Assembly: GCA_043813605.1 (NCBI GenBank)
Contig: JBDRKX010000128.1
Span: 1 to 47,307, forward strand
Source: Elusimicrobiota bacterium
GTDB taxonomy: Bacteria > CG03 > SLGR01 > JBDRKX01
Length of the DNA: 47,307 nt
Reading direction: 5' to 3'
Shown: piece after piece, positions 20,841 to 30,511 of the stretch
Layout: each line of letters begins with the position of its first letter
How positions within the stretch are numbered: position 1 is the stretch's first letter
Translations under genes and position numbers: made by a program
The notes under the pieces: generated by a model
The model's input: the letters and a program-made list of their open reading frames with translations, nothing else
Databases searched by the model: none
What the model was told of the DNA's origin: nothing

Positions 20841-22229
20841 ATGCTTAGTAAAAAAATTTTTAAATATTTATTGCTGCTGATTATGGTCTCTTGTTGTGTT
20901 ATGACAGCTTTATTTATCGGGCTTTCTTATCAGCAGATTCTGGTTGTATCTATATTTTTTGTATCTATTCTGGGTGTAATGTTTTTCTGGGAATTCAGGC
21001 TGTCGTTTCTGATAATAGGCAGCTGCTTGCTGTTTCTTGTTAACTCTGTCGATTTCGAGAGTTTTATCAGGTTCGCTTCTCTGGATGTCCTGTTATTCAT
21101 TATTGGCGTCATGATTGTTGTCGGGATGATGAAAGAAACAGGAGTATTCAAGCATATCACGCATTATATCATGAGTATGAAAAATATTACAGGGGTCAAG
21201 TTCTTTGTGTTTATGAATTTGCTTTCTGCTCTATTGTCCTCCGTTATGGGCGAGGTTACCTCCATTATGGTGATCATGATGATAATTTTCGACGTATGCG
21301 ATACCGTTGAAATATCACCGCTGCCGCTGATAATATCCTGTGTGTTCTCTACAAATATAGGTTCAGCGGCGACATTGTTTGGAAACCCCATAGGTATATT
21401 AATTGCGCTAAGGGGCGGGATTTCATTTGAGGAATTCCTGACGCACGCTTTACCTGTTTCGGTGATAATATTGTTAATTATTGTTAGTTTTATCGGAATA
21501 TTTGAAAAAAAGTATTTTAGGCAGTTCAACAGGGCTCTGGCTGAAAAAAAGGCAAGCTCCGGCTTAACATTAAGAAAGCCGGCCGCTCTGAACATAAAAG
21601 AAAAGGCAAGCGTTTTATTTTTTATATGCATGCTGATTTCAATCGCGCTGCACAGGAGAATGGAAATATTCTTTGGACTTGATGAGAACAGCCTGCTGAT
21701 AATCACTCCTTTATTTTTTGCTGGTATTGTCCTCGCTTACAGGCATGAAAAAGCCTTATATTATATAGCAAATGAGATAGAATGGCCTGCTATTCTGTTT
21801 TTTTTGTTTCTGTTTATTGAAGCAGGCATTCTACAGGCATCCGGCGTAGCTGGACATGTATCAGTAAAAATAATAAAAATAATAGGAACCGACCCCTTAC
21901 TATTGAAAGGACTTGTGCTCTTTTCAAGCGGTTTATTATCAAGTGTTCTCGATAATACTGTTGTTGTGGCTTCATTCATACCCGCAATACAAAACCTGAA
22001 TTTGGAAACCACTGGGGGCTCTTTATGGTGGGCACTTCTATTCGGGGCGTGTTTCGGCGGAAATATTACGATAATAGGATCTACCGCAAATATAGTCGCT
22101 TTGGGTATGCTTGAAAAAGAAAAAGACATTAAAATAAGTTTTACAACCTGGCTGAAATACGGTACCATTATAGGTTTTATCAGTATGATCTTAGCGTTTT
22201 TCGCGCTGCTTCTGCCGGGTTTCAAATAA
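20841..22229 (+). CDS. ArsB/NhaD/SLC13-family ion transporter
   Basis: NIGSAATLFGNP, SSVLDN, GGNITIIGSTAN; multi-TM. Confidence 0.88.
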   Translation: MLSKKIFKYLLLLIMVSCCVMTALFIGLSYQQILVVSIFFVSILGVMFFWEFRLSFLIIGSCLLFLVNSVDFESFIRFASLDVLLFIIGVMIVVGMMKETGVFKHITHYIMSMKNITGVKFFVFMNLLSALLSSVMGEVTSIMVIMMIIFDVCDTVEISPLPLIISCVFSTNIGSAATLFGNPIGILIALRGGISFEEFLTHALPVSVIILLIIVSFIGIFEKKYFRQFNRALAEKKASSGLTLRKPAALNIKEKASVLFFICMLISIALHRRMEIFFGLDENSLLIITPLFFAGIVLAYRHEKALYYIANEIEWPAILFFLFLFIEAGILQASGVAGHVSVKIIKIIGTDPLLLKGLVLFSSGLLSSVLDNTVVVASFIPAIQNLNLETTGGSLWWALLFGACFGGNITIIGSTANIVALGMLEKEKDIKISFTTWLKYGTIIGFISMILAFFALLLPGFK

Positions 22230-22382
22230 TATGTTTGAGTTAAGATATAATCGTATGTATTTTACCGGTATATCAAGTATTAATCTGTGTGTCAATTATA
22301 TGGCCGGTTTTGAGCTCGGGTCAGGGATGTTTATTAATACGGCTTTACCGGAAGAAAGTGCAAAATATTTAAGGAGCATGAT

Positions 22383-23267
22383 ATGATAAATTCATTTAAT
22401 TATTTAATGAAATGGATAAATTTCCCGATTCTGAAAATCGGTGTGTCAGCCATAACATTAGGCGGCATATTTATTGCAGTATTCATTTTTTTAATTACGG
22501 TTTTTCTATCATCATTAGCGCAGAAGATGCTCAATAATAAACTGGGAAAATATCTTAAACTTTCTCCGGGACTGAATTATGCGCTGCAGAGGATGCTTCA
22601 TTACGCATTTATTTTTATAGGTATAATAATAGCGCTTCAGTCACTGGGATTTAATCTCAGCAGTCTTACGGTTGCATTCGGCTTTATAGGTGTCGGTATA
22701 GGTTTCGGACTTCAGAACCTTACTTCTAATTTTATTTCAGGCATAATACTTCTTATGGAAAGACCGGTTGCTTCCGGGGATTTTATAACAATTGAGGAAA
22801 AATTCGGTGAAGTTAGAAGCGTAAACATGAGGGCTACTGAAATAAGAACTATAGATAATGTAACTATAATAGTTCCGAACGCGAAGTTTATAGAAAATCC
22901 TGTTACCAACTGGTCGCACGGCGATCCTAAAATAAGGATACATTGTCCAGTAGGGGTAGCTTACGGGTCTGATGTCCCACTTATCAGAGAGACGCTGGTT
23001 AAAGTAGCGGATAGGCACCCGGATGTATTGAAAAAGCCTGAACCTGAGGTCCGGTTCCTCGAGTTCGGCAGCTCTTCGCTGGATTTTGACCTGCTTGTTT
23101 GGATTAATGATCCGCAGAAACAGTTTCTTATAAGAAGCCAGATCAATTATGAGATAGACAAAGAGTTCCGTGAGGCAGAAATACGGATTCCTTTTCCACA
23201 GCATGATATTCATATACAGCCTGGGCCTGCAGTAGAAATGCTATCAGGTAAACCGGTGCAAAAATAA
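22383..23267 (+). CDS. Small-conductance mechanosensitive channel, MscS family
   Basis: GIGFGLQNLTSNFISG, VPN..NWS, GVAYGSD, IPFPQ. Confidence 0.93.
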   Translation: MINSFNYLMKWINFPILKIGVSAITLGGIFIAVFIFLITVFLSSLAQKMLNNKLGKYLKLSPGLNYALQRMLHYAFIFIGIIIALQSLGFNLSSLTVAFGFIGVGIGFGLQNLTSNFISGIILLMERPVASGDFITIEEKFGEVRSVNMRATEIRTIDNVTIIVPNAKFIENPVTNWSHGDPKIRIHCPVGVAYGSDVPLIRETLVKVADRHPDVLKKPEPEVRFLEFGSSSLDFDLLVWINDPQKQFLIRSQINYEIDKEFREAEIRIPFPQHDIHIQPGPAVEMLSGKPVQK

Positions 23268-23285
23268 ATGCATAGGAGATAATTT

Positions 23286-23477
23286 ATGAAAATAAAACAG
23301 TTGGCATTGATCGTTTCTATTGTGACGGCATTAGTATTTATGGTACAGAATACACAGGTCGTCTCAGTGAAATTCCTTTTCTGGGAATTCAGCATGTCAA
23401 GGATCATTCTAATAACAATAGTGCTTGCTATAGGCATTATAATAGGAATGGTTTTAGTAAAAAACAGGAAGATTTAG
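23286..23477 (+). CDS. LapA/DUF1049-family small membrane protein
   Basis: FMVQNTQVVSVKFLFW motif, two TMs, AGGAG RBS. Confidence 0.8.
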   Translation: MKIKQLALIVSIVTALVFMVQNTQVVSVKFLFWEFSMSRIILITIVLAIGIIIGMVLVKNRKI

Positions 23478-23583
23478 AGCGGCGAGAAATTATGCGTATA
23501 GATAATTCACATAAAAGGCGCAGGAAGTTGTCGGCAATATGCAGTCCATAGCGGAAAACTGCAAACATCAGAGGAGGACAGTT

Positions 23584-24741
23584 ATGTTTAAATCTAAGAG
23601 ATTATTAACCGGGTTTATTGTCGGGTTATTGTTTACGGTATGTCAAAGCGGAAACGCTTATGAGAAAATGACCTTAAAAAATCTGATACAGCTCATGGAA
23701 GGAAAGGTAAACAGGATTGAGAGGAAAGTCACGGATATAACAATGGTTCTTACCTCTCAGGAGTTACAGCCTGGCGGAGCAAATACAACAAGCAGGATAA
23801 AATTCATGAGAAGAGGAGCCAAGACAAGAGAGGTAATAACAACTGAATATAAAGGTGAGATTAAAGGAAGTGAGAAACCGTTTAAGATAAAGACAATGGC
23901 AATTGATGACGGGCAGAACAGGTGGCAGTTCGACCCTGCAATATTCAGGTGGATACCCGTGTTTGAAGATGATGTGTATGTTGTGGATATAATAGACCTG
24001 ATGAAATGGCATGAAGATGTATCGGATGAAACAAAAATACTGGGAACTGAACGTGTTCAGGATAAAACACTTTACCTGGTTGATATTCCCGGGGAAAACG
24101 ATGCGTATACCAAAATATGGGTGGATAAACAGACACTGTCAGTAGTAAAAACTGAAAATAATGATATGGAAGGAAATATTACGACAGAGATATTTTCAGA
24201 TTTTAAAAAAGTAAAGAAAATACTGGATCTGCCTCACAGGGTAGAGATCAAGCGCAATGGCGAACTCATGCAGATATTGATAGTAAATTCGGTTAAGATA
24301 AACAAGGGCCTGAATGACAGACTCTTTATGCCGCCTAAGAACAGTATATGGGATGAAGAACTTGCTGTCATTTACAGGGATATGCCGGGTGAAGAAGAGA
24401 TACCTGAAGAAATTAACGAAAATGAACTTGTTTATCCTGATTGTGAAGTGATTAAGGTTCTGGACGGCCGCAGTATGGATAGCGCCCTGATTATTAAATT
24501 CAGTTCCAATGCGAAGTATAAGAAAATCCTCAAATTTTATAAGAAAGCGTTTAAAACAAATGGGTGGAATATCGGAGGGGTTTCTGAGGCTAAATACAGA
24601 AGAAGCGGTATACTGGCATGGATATCGGCTGAAAAAGACGGCTACACAATGGAAGTTACACTGGCCGGCGCGGATAAGAAAAAAGATTTTATCCAGGGAG
24701 TGATAACGTACTATGTGTCGGATCATGAAAGAGAGGAATGA
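23584..24741 (+). CDS. Exported LolA-like (lipoprotein-sorting fold) protein with extra C-terminal domain
   Basis: GAGGAGG RBS before ATG 23584; signal peptide; KIWVDKQT, INKGLNDRLF motifs. Confidence 0.6.
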   Translation: MFKSKRLLTGFIVGLLFTVCQSGNAYEKMTLKNLIQLMEGKVNRIERKVTDITMVLTSQELQPGGANTTSRIKFMRRGAKTREVITTEYKGEIKGSEKPFKIKTMAIDDGQNRWQFDPAIFRWIPVFEDDVYVVDIIDLMKWHEDVSDETKILGTERVQDKTLYLVDIPGENDAYTKIWVDKQTLSVVKTENNDMEGNITTEIFSDFKKVKKILDLPHRVEIKRNGELMQILIVNSVKINKGLNDRLFMPPKNSIWDEELAVIYRDMPGEEEIPEEINENELVYPDCEVIKVLDGRSMDSALIIKFSSNAKYKKILKFYKKAFKTNGWNIGGVSEAKYRRSGILAWISAEKDGYTMEVTLAGADKKKDFIQGVITYYVSDHEREE

Positions 24742-24742
24742 G

Positions 24743-25333
24743 ATGGATAATAGACTTATAAAAATAATTGCAGCCCAGCTTATGGTCATATTTTTTAGTG
24801 TTTGCGTTGCCGGTTCAACGGTTTATGAGGGTAACATAAATGTGGGGTATTATAACTGGTCGGATTCGCATTCCTCGTCAATAAAAGCTGAGAGCGGCAA
24901 CCTCTGGGGATTCAGGGTCGGTTCTTATATTAATGATAATATAAGGACAGGTATTAATTACAATACATGGCAGCTTAATTTCGGTTCATATGATGATGAG
25001 GGTGCTGTTGTATCTAGCGGAAGTTCTTTATGGAATGCTTTCTATGTATCAAGCGATCTGATCCTTTTACAAACGAACAGGTATGCACCCTATATCGGCT
25101 TAGGAGCTGGTTTTTATAAGAGAAGCTACACTTACAAGAGCGCAAATGTGGAGAAAAATGAAAACCAGCACTGGCGGTTCGGGCATAATTATACTATTGG
25201 AGTCCAGTTAAACTTATCGGAAAACTATATTATTAATTTCGGTATAAGATATCATGATATTCCCGCGACATTCAACTATAATAGAAGGGCTCTTTATAAT
25301 ATCCTGGCAGGAGTATCATATATTAAGTTCTAG
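24743..25333 (+). CDS. Small outer-membrane beta-barrel protein (OmpA/OmpW-like)
   Basis: Signal peptide, PYIGLGAG, C-terminal GVSYIKF. Confidence 0.75.
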   Translation: MDNRLIKIIAAQLMVIFFSVCVAGSTVYEGNINVGYYNWSDSHSSSIKAESGNLWGFRVGSYINDNIRTGINYNTWQLNFGSYDDEGAVVSSGSSLWNAFYVSSDLILLQTNRYAPYIGLGAGFYKRSYTYKSANVEKNENQHWRFGHNYTIGVQLNLSENYIINFGIRYHDIPATFNYNRRALYNILAGVSYIKF

Positions 25334-25335
25334 GA

Positions 25336-26151
25336 ATGAAAATATATAAAAAGTTTAAAGAGTCCAGGAACTATAATCTTCCGGATTCTCCCAGGTATTA
25401 TAAAAATGAATTCACAAATGGATCTGATGGCACAGCCGGATTGAAATTAGTTACATATAATACAAACTTCTCTAAAAAAATAGATAAAACTATCGGTTTT
25501 TTGCAGAATGAGCAGTGTTTAAAAGATACGGATATAGTATGCCTCCAGGAAGCGGATCATGCGGGAGTAGAAAGGTTAAGCAGTTTGCTTGAATATAATT
25601 ATGTATATTATCCGGCTGTTCTCCACCCGTCACATAACAGGGATTTCGGTAATGCAGTGCTTACAAAATATAATATAACCGGAGATATAAAAGTAATATT
25701 AAATCCGGAAAAAACGCATCATTTCAACAGAATAGCAGTGGGGGCAAGAATCGAAGCAGGCGGAATTAATATTGTCGTGGTTTCTGTGCATATGAAGGTC
25801 TTTATGAACGCTCATGATGCCGGAATTCAAATCGCCAAGTTGCTTGACTCTTCAATGCTTCCGGGAGAAGCATTTATAGTGGCCGGAGATTTTAACTGCT
25901 ACAGAAAACCGAAAAAAGATATAATTTTCAATCTGTTTAAAGATAAGGAATATATTCACGCTACCGATAGTTTAAATTGGACATTCAGGAAATGGTACCT
26001 GTTTAATAAAAAGTTTGCGGTAGATCATATTTTTACGAAAGGATTAAAGGTTATAAGCAGCGGCAGTATTGAATATCCTTTTGCCAATGACCACCTGTCT
26101 GTCTGGGCTGAATTAAGAATAATCGACGAAACCCGAAAAAAAATATCATGA
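25336..26151 (+). CDS. Endonuclease/exonuclease/phosphatase family protein
   Basis: VTYN, DIVCLQE, GNAVLT, GDFN, DHIF, NDH. Confidence 0.9.
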   Translation: MKIYKKFKESRNYNLPDSPRYYKNEFTNGSDGTAGLKLVTYNTNFSKKIDKTIGFLQNEQCLKDTDIVCLQEADHAGVERLSSLLEYNYVYYPAVLHPSHNRDFGNAVLTKYNITGDIKVILNPEKTHHFNRIAVGARIEAGGINIVVVSVHMKVFMNAHDAGIQIAKLLDSSMLPGEAFIVAGDFNCYRKPKKDIIFNLFKDKEYIHATDSLNWTFRKWYLFNKKFAVDHIFTKGLKVISSGSIEYPFANDHLSVWAELRIIDETRKKIS

Positions 26152-27593
26152 TAAGTGATCTAATGCTGATTTTTTATCTTTATCTGCTGATTACGCTTAT
26201 TTACATACTCATGGATAACCGCCAGCCGGCTTCTACTTTTGCCTGGATATTTATTTTTATCATATTCCCGGTATTCGGCTTTATTCTATATGTATTTTTC
26301 GGGAGAAACTGGCGCCGGATCAATAAAAAAAAGAATCTCAATTATCAGTTCCAGACGAACAGGATACAGGAAATGCTGGCCGATATAATGGAAATACAGC
26401 AGAGGGAATGCGCGGGACTTAACTCTATCTGCGATGAACCCTATAAAAAGGGGCTTTTTGAAATGCTTTATAAGAGTTCCGATTCACTGCTTACGTCCGA
26501 TAACAGCATAGAGCTTTTTTTCAGCGGCAATCAGAAGTTTAAATCGCTTATTAAAGACCTGGAGAACGCGCGGGAATTCATACATATGGAATATTATATC
26601 TGGCGCAGCGACAAAATCACAGAACAGATAAAAGAAATACTCATAAGGAAAGCCCGGGAAGGCGTAGAAGTGCGTATCCTTTATGACTGGTTCGGGGGGC
26701 TTTCCATGAAGAAAAAGTATAAGAAAGAACTGCTTAAACATAAAATAAAAATACGTCTTTTTGCAAATTTCCTGTCATTGTTTAAATTCCACACGCTCAA
26801 TTACAGAAACCACAGGAAAATCGTGGTAATTGACGGCAGGACAGGATATTGCGGGGGAATGAACATGGGAATGGAATACATAGATGGTGGAAAATTTGAC
26901 AGTTGGAGAGATACGCATTTAAGGCTGACGGGCGGGTCAGTAAGAATATTGAACGGCATATTCACGATGGACTGGTATAATACAACTAGAGAAGACCTGT
27001 TTGAAAAGAAATATTTCAGTTATTCGGAAAAAGCATATACAAAAGGGAAAGCTGTTCAGATCGTCACATCGGGGCCGGATTCAGAGCAGCCTTCAATAAA
27101 CCACTTGTTTTTCACGCTGATAAACTCAGCGGAGCGCAGCATATATATACAGTCTCCTTATATGATACTTGAGCCCAGCATTTCAATGGCTCTTGAGAAT
27201 GCGGCAATGAGAGGGATAGATGTCAGGTTTATTATAGCCGGTATCCCCGATTATAAGCTCCCGTTCTGGGCCGCTTTTACCTATATCGAGAGGCTGGTTA
27301 AAACAGGCGTGCGGGTATATCATTATAAGAAGGGTTTTATGCATGCGAAGACTGTTACAGTGGACTCTGGAATTTGCACTGTCGGGACAGCCAATTTTGA
27401 TTTAAGAAGCCTGCAGCTTAATTATGAATTGACCGCATTGATATACGATAAAGATATTACAAAATCAGTTGAAGAACAGTTTATAAAGGATTCAGCTGAT
27501 TCGGTTGAAATAAGGCAGGATGTATTTGATGAAATGATCTATATAACAAGGCTGAGGAATTCTCTTGCAAGGCTTCTTGCCCCGATATTATAG
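26148..27593 (+). CDS. cls: Cardiolipin synthase
   Basis: Two N-terminal TMs, two HKD motifs (HRKIVVIDG, HAKTVTVD). Confidence 0.93.
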   Translation: MISDLMLIFYLYLLITLIYILMDNRQPASTFAWIFIFIIFPVFGFILYVFFGRNWRRINKKKNLNYQFQTNRIQEMLADIMEIQQRECAGLNSICDEPYKKGLFEMLYKSSDSLLTSDNSIELFFSGNQKFKSLIKDLENAREFIHMEYYIWRSDKITEQIKEILIRKAREGVEVRILYDWFGGLSMKKKYKKELLKHKIKIRLFANFLSLFKFHTLNYRNHRKIVVIDGRTGYCGGMNMGMEYIDGGKFDSWRDTHLRLTGGSVRILNGIFTMDWYNTTREDLFEKKYFSYSEKAYTKGKAVQIVTSGPDSEQPSINHLFFTLINSAERSIYIQSPYMILEPSISMALENAAMRGIDVRFIIAGIPDYKLPFWAAFTYIERLVKTGVRVYHYKKGFMHAKTVTVDSGICTVGTANFDLRSLQLNYELTALIYDKDITKSVEEQFIKDSADSVEIRQDVFDEMIYITRLRNSLARLLAPIL

Positions 27594-27792
27594 TTACTGA
27601 AAGAATGTATAGAAAAAGCAAGAGAAATTGGCAGACAAGGAAAAATATTAATTTAAAAAATATAACAGAAACAATTAAATGATTTGTCGTAGATACTAAA
27701 TTTCAAGAAGGTGAGTAATGTTTATATCTAAAAGGCCAATAATTGGTTCAAATCCCCGGCTGCCAGAGCAACGAAAGGAAAGGAAATTGCAA

Positions 27793-27988
27793 ATGAAAAT
27801 GCTGTCTATTCTTCCACGCTGTACTGCTTTTCGTGATCTTTTTCCCTTACACGAGCGCCCATGCACAGATGCCCGGCCTGGAGCTGGCAAAGAAAGCTGA
27901 ACCAGCAGCAGATACGGTGGTCGCGACACGCCAGTCGGAGACCGCGTCTGTGGCAGAGCCTCCGGTATCGTTATTAAGCAGACCCTGA
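27793..27988 (+). pseudogene. Frameshifted 5' fragment of an exported protein
   Basis: After an AGGA-rich RBS, ATG AAA then a one-base shift gives CCLFFHAVLLFVIFFPYTSAHA-QMPGLELAKK (signal peptide with AHA cleavage site); GC-richer than flanks. Confidence 0.4.
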
Positions 27989-28049
27989 CGGGCTTTCGGG
28001 CGAACCGGCTCCGTTGAAAACGCCGGAGTAGAGTAGTGTATATCGTCAT

Positions 28050-28220
28050 CAGCTTAATTATGAACTGACCGCCTTGATATACGGGATATTACATAATCAG
28101 TTGAAGAACAGTTCATAAGGGATATATCGGATTCTGTTGAAATAGGAAAAGATATGTTTGTAAAAATGAATCAATTAGAAAGACTGAGGAATTTACCTGC
28201 AAGGCTTCTTGCTCCTCTGA
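28050..28220 (+). pseudogene. Degenerate second copy of the 3' end of cls
   Basis: CAGCTTAATTATGAA...AATCAGTTGAAGAACAGTT...CTGAGGAATT...GCAAGGCTTCTTGC aligns to 27414-27590 with small indels. Confidence 0.85.
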
Positions 28221-28271
28221 CGAGGCTGATGTATTTTTTAAGAAATAATGATAACATTATGCATAGTATAA

Positions 28272-29753
28272 ATGGGTAATATAAATAAAAAATATAACAT
28301 AGGATATAGGCAGAAGTTACTTCTTTCTATCACTATTATAAGTACTATGACATTCGTAATGCTAACGGTTAATAGAATGAACATATTAAAAGAACTTATG
28401 AGTGAGAGAATAATAAATAGGGTAACTTCTTTAGGTAACTTATTGGCTGAACAAATCAAAGATGATTTAGTTGGTAATGAAATAACAGATTTGCGTGAAA
28501 CAATTGAGCTGGCTGATCAACAATCAAGGATAAGTTTTGTGCTTGTAGTTGACAATGGTGGTAAAATTATGTTTTCTTCACAAAAAGAAAAAGAAGGTGA
28601 AATTAACAAGTACATAGATAGTGATAATGTTGAGGTTAGTAAAGACACCTATATTAAATCATTCCCGTTAAAAAAGAAAAAAGAAGAAATCGGTCTGGTT
28701 CAGATAGGATTTTCCTTAAAAGAATTAAGTGACGATTTAACATCATCATTAAAGGAGTCTCTTATAATCATTTGTATTGGTTTGTTTATGATAGTATTAG
28801 GCTCCTGGTATATTTCAGAAAAACTATTATCTCCTTTGAATCAGATATCAAAAGTAACAAAAAAATTCGCAAAAGGTGATTTTTCAGAGACGTTCACCAT
28901 AAAAACAAGAGATGTTATTGGGAATCTGCAAGAATCCCTCAATGATATGGCTGAGCAACTGGATGACCTAAATAAGAACATGCAAAGTAAAGTCGACAAT
29001 GCTACCGAAAAATATGAAACAGCTAATAAGGATTTAATAGAAAAAACTATAATACTGGAAGAAACCAATAAAAAACTATTGGAATTGGATAGTCTTAAAT
29101 CAGATTTTGTGTCAATGGTCTCACATGAATTAAGAACCCCTCTTACAGGAATAATCGGGTTTGCCGGCACATTGCAGAAACTGAAATTAAGCGAAGAACA
29201 GAAAGAAAAGTATTTAAAAATAATTGAATCGGAAGGAAAACGTCTGGGAAAATTAGTGGAGGATTTTCTTGATATATCAAAAATAGAATCGGGGAATATA
29301 GAATTACATTTCAAGAGAACGGATATCAGAAATATTATAAAAGAAGTAATTGAGTCTTTTGATAATGTAGATATGAATATGTCTGAGACAGAACAAATAG
29401 TGCAGGCAGATCCGGACAAAATTAAACAGGTCTTAATAAATTTACTGAGTAATGCTGTGAAATATACTACTGGCGAAGATAAAATCATTGTAAGTGCAGA
29501 AGAAATTGAAGATAAAAGAATACAAATCAGCATAAAAGATATGGGTCCTGGCATAAAAAAAGAGGATTTAAGTAAAATATTTGATAAATTCTACCGTTGT
29601 GATGACGATATTTCTAAAAAGAATAGAGGAAGCGGTTTAGGCTTAGCTATATCGAAAGAAATAGTTCGATTACATAACGGAAAAATATGGGCCGAATCTG
29701 ATTATGGACATGGAAGCTTGTTTAATATCATTCTGCCAAAGGCTAAATTATGA
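28272..29753 (+). CDS. Membrane sensor histidine kinase (HAMP-HisKA-HATPase)
   Basis: Two TMs, HAMP, SHELRTPL, NLLSNAVKY, DMGPGI, GSGLGL. Confidence 0.95.
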   Translation: MGNINKKYNIGYRQKLLLSITIISTMTFVMLTVNRMNILKELMSERIINRVTSLGNLLAEQIKDDLVGNEITDLRETIELADQQSRISFVLVVDNGGKIMFSSQKEKEGEINKYIDSDNVEVSKDTYIKSFPLKKKKEEIGLVQIGFSLKELSDDLTSSLKESLIIICIGLFMIVLGSWYISEKLLSPLNQISKVTKKFAKGDFSETFTIKTRDVIGNLQESLNDMAEQLDDLNKNMQSKVDNATEKYETANKDLIEKTIILEETNKKLLELDSLKSDFVSMVSHELRTPLTGIIGFAGTLQKLKLSEEQKEKYLKIIESEGKRLGKLVEDFLDISKIESGNIELHFKRTDIRNIIKEVIESFDNVDMNMSETEQIVQADPDKIKQVLINLLSNAVKYTTGEDKIIVSAEEIEDKRIQISIKDMGPGIKKEDLSKIFDKFYRCDDDISKKNRGSGLGLAISKEIVRLHNGKIWAESDYGHGSLFNIILPKAKL

Positions 29754-30118
29754 GTAAGAAAATTCTAGTAGTTGATGATGAAGAAAATATAGTTGAACTG
29801 ATAACGGTAAATTTAGAAAGCGCAGGATATATAGTGATTTCAGCGTTTGATGGAGTGTCAGGATTAAATAAGGCTTTCTCAGAGATACCGGATCTTATTA
29901 TATTAGATATCAGGATGCCCGGGATGGATGGTTTCTCTGCCTGCAAAAACCTTAAAGATAATCCAAAAACAAAAGAAATCCCTGTTGTTTTTCTCTCAGC
30001 GGCAACACAAAAGAAAGATTATGAAAATGCAAAGGAAGCTGATTGTGATTATTATTTTCCGAAGCCATTTGATCCTGTGGAATTAGTGAAAATTGTAGAT
30101 TCCATACTGAAAGGATAA
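29750..30118 (+). CDS. Single-domain response regulator receiver
   Basis: ILVVDDE, IILDIRMP, FLSA, KPFD. Confidence 0.93.
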   Translation: MSKKILVVDDEENIVELITVNLESAGYIVISAFDGVSGLNKAFSEIPDLIILDIRMPGMDGFSACKNLKDNPKTKEIPVVFLSAATQKKDYENAKEADCDYYFPKPFDPVELVKIVDSILKG

Positions 30119-30121
30119 TAA

Positions 30122-30511
30122 TTGATAAATAAAAAAATACTGATAGTAGATGACGATTTAAATATTGTAGAACTCCTGGAGGTTAATCTTAAAGCTTGTG
30201 GCTACGAAACTATTTCTGCTTCCGATGGACATAAAGCGCTTGATAAAATAAACACTGAAAATCCTGACTTGATTATTTTGGATGTAATGATGCCGGGAAT
30301 GGATGGGTGGGAAGTTTGCAAGATAATCAGGGATCATCATGGAGTAAGCAATATAAAAATACTTTTTTTAACGGGTAAAGACAAGAATAAGGATAAGTTA
30401 ATAGGAATTGATGTTTTTAAAGCCGATAAATATATAACAAAACCATTTGATTTGGATTTTTTGATTGACGAGGTTGCGAAGCTTTTAAGTGGACAAAATT
30501 ACAAAAGGTAA
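30122..30511 (+). CDS. Single-domain response regulator receiver
   Basis: ILIVDDD, IILDVMMP, FLTG, KPFD. Confidence 0.92.
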   Translation: MINKKILIVDDDLNIVELLEVNLKACGYETISASDGHKALDKINTENPDLIILDVMMPGMDGWEVCKIIRDHHGVSNIKILFLTGKDKNKDKLIGIDVFKADKYITKPFDLDFLIDEVAKLLSGQNYKR

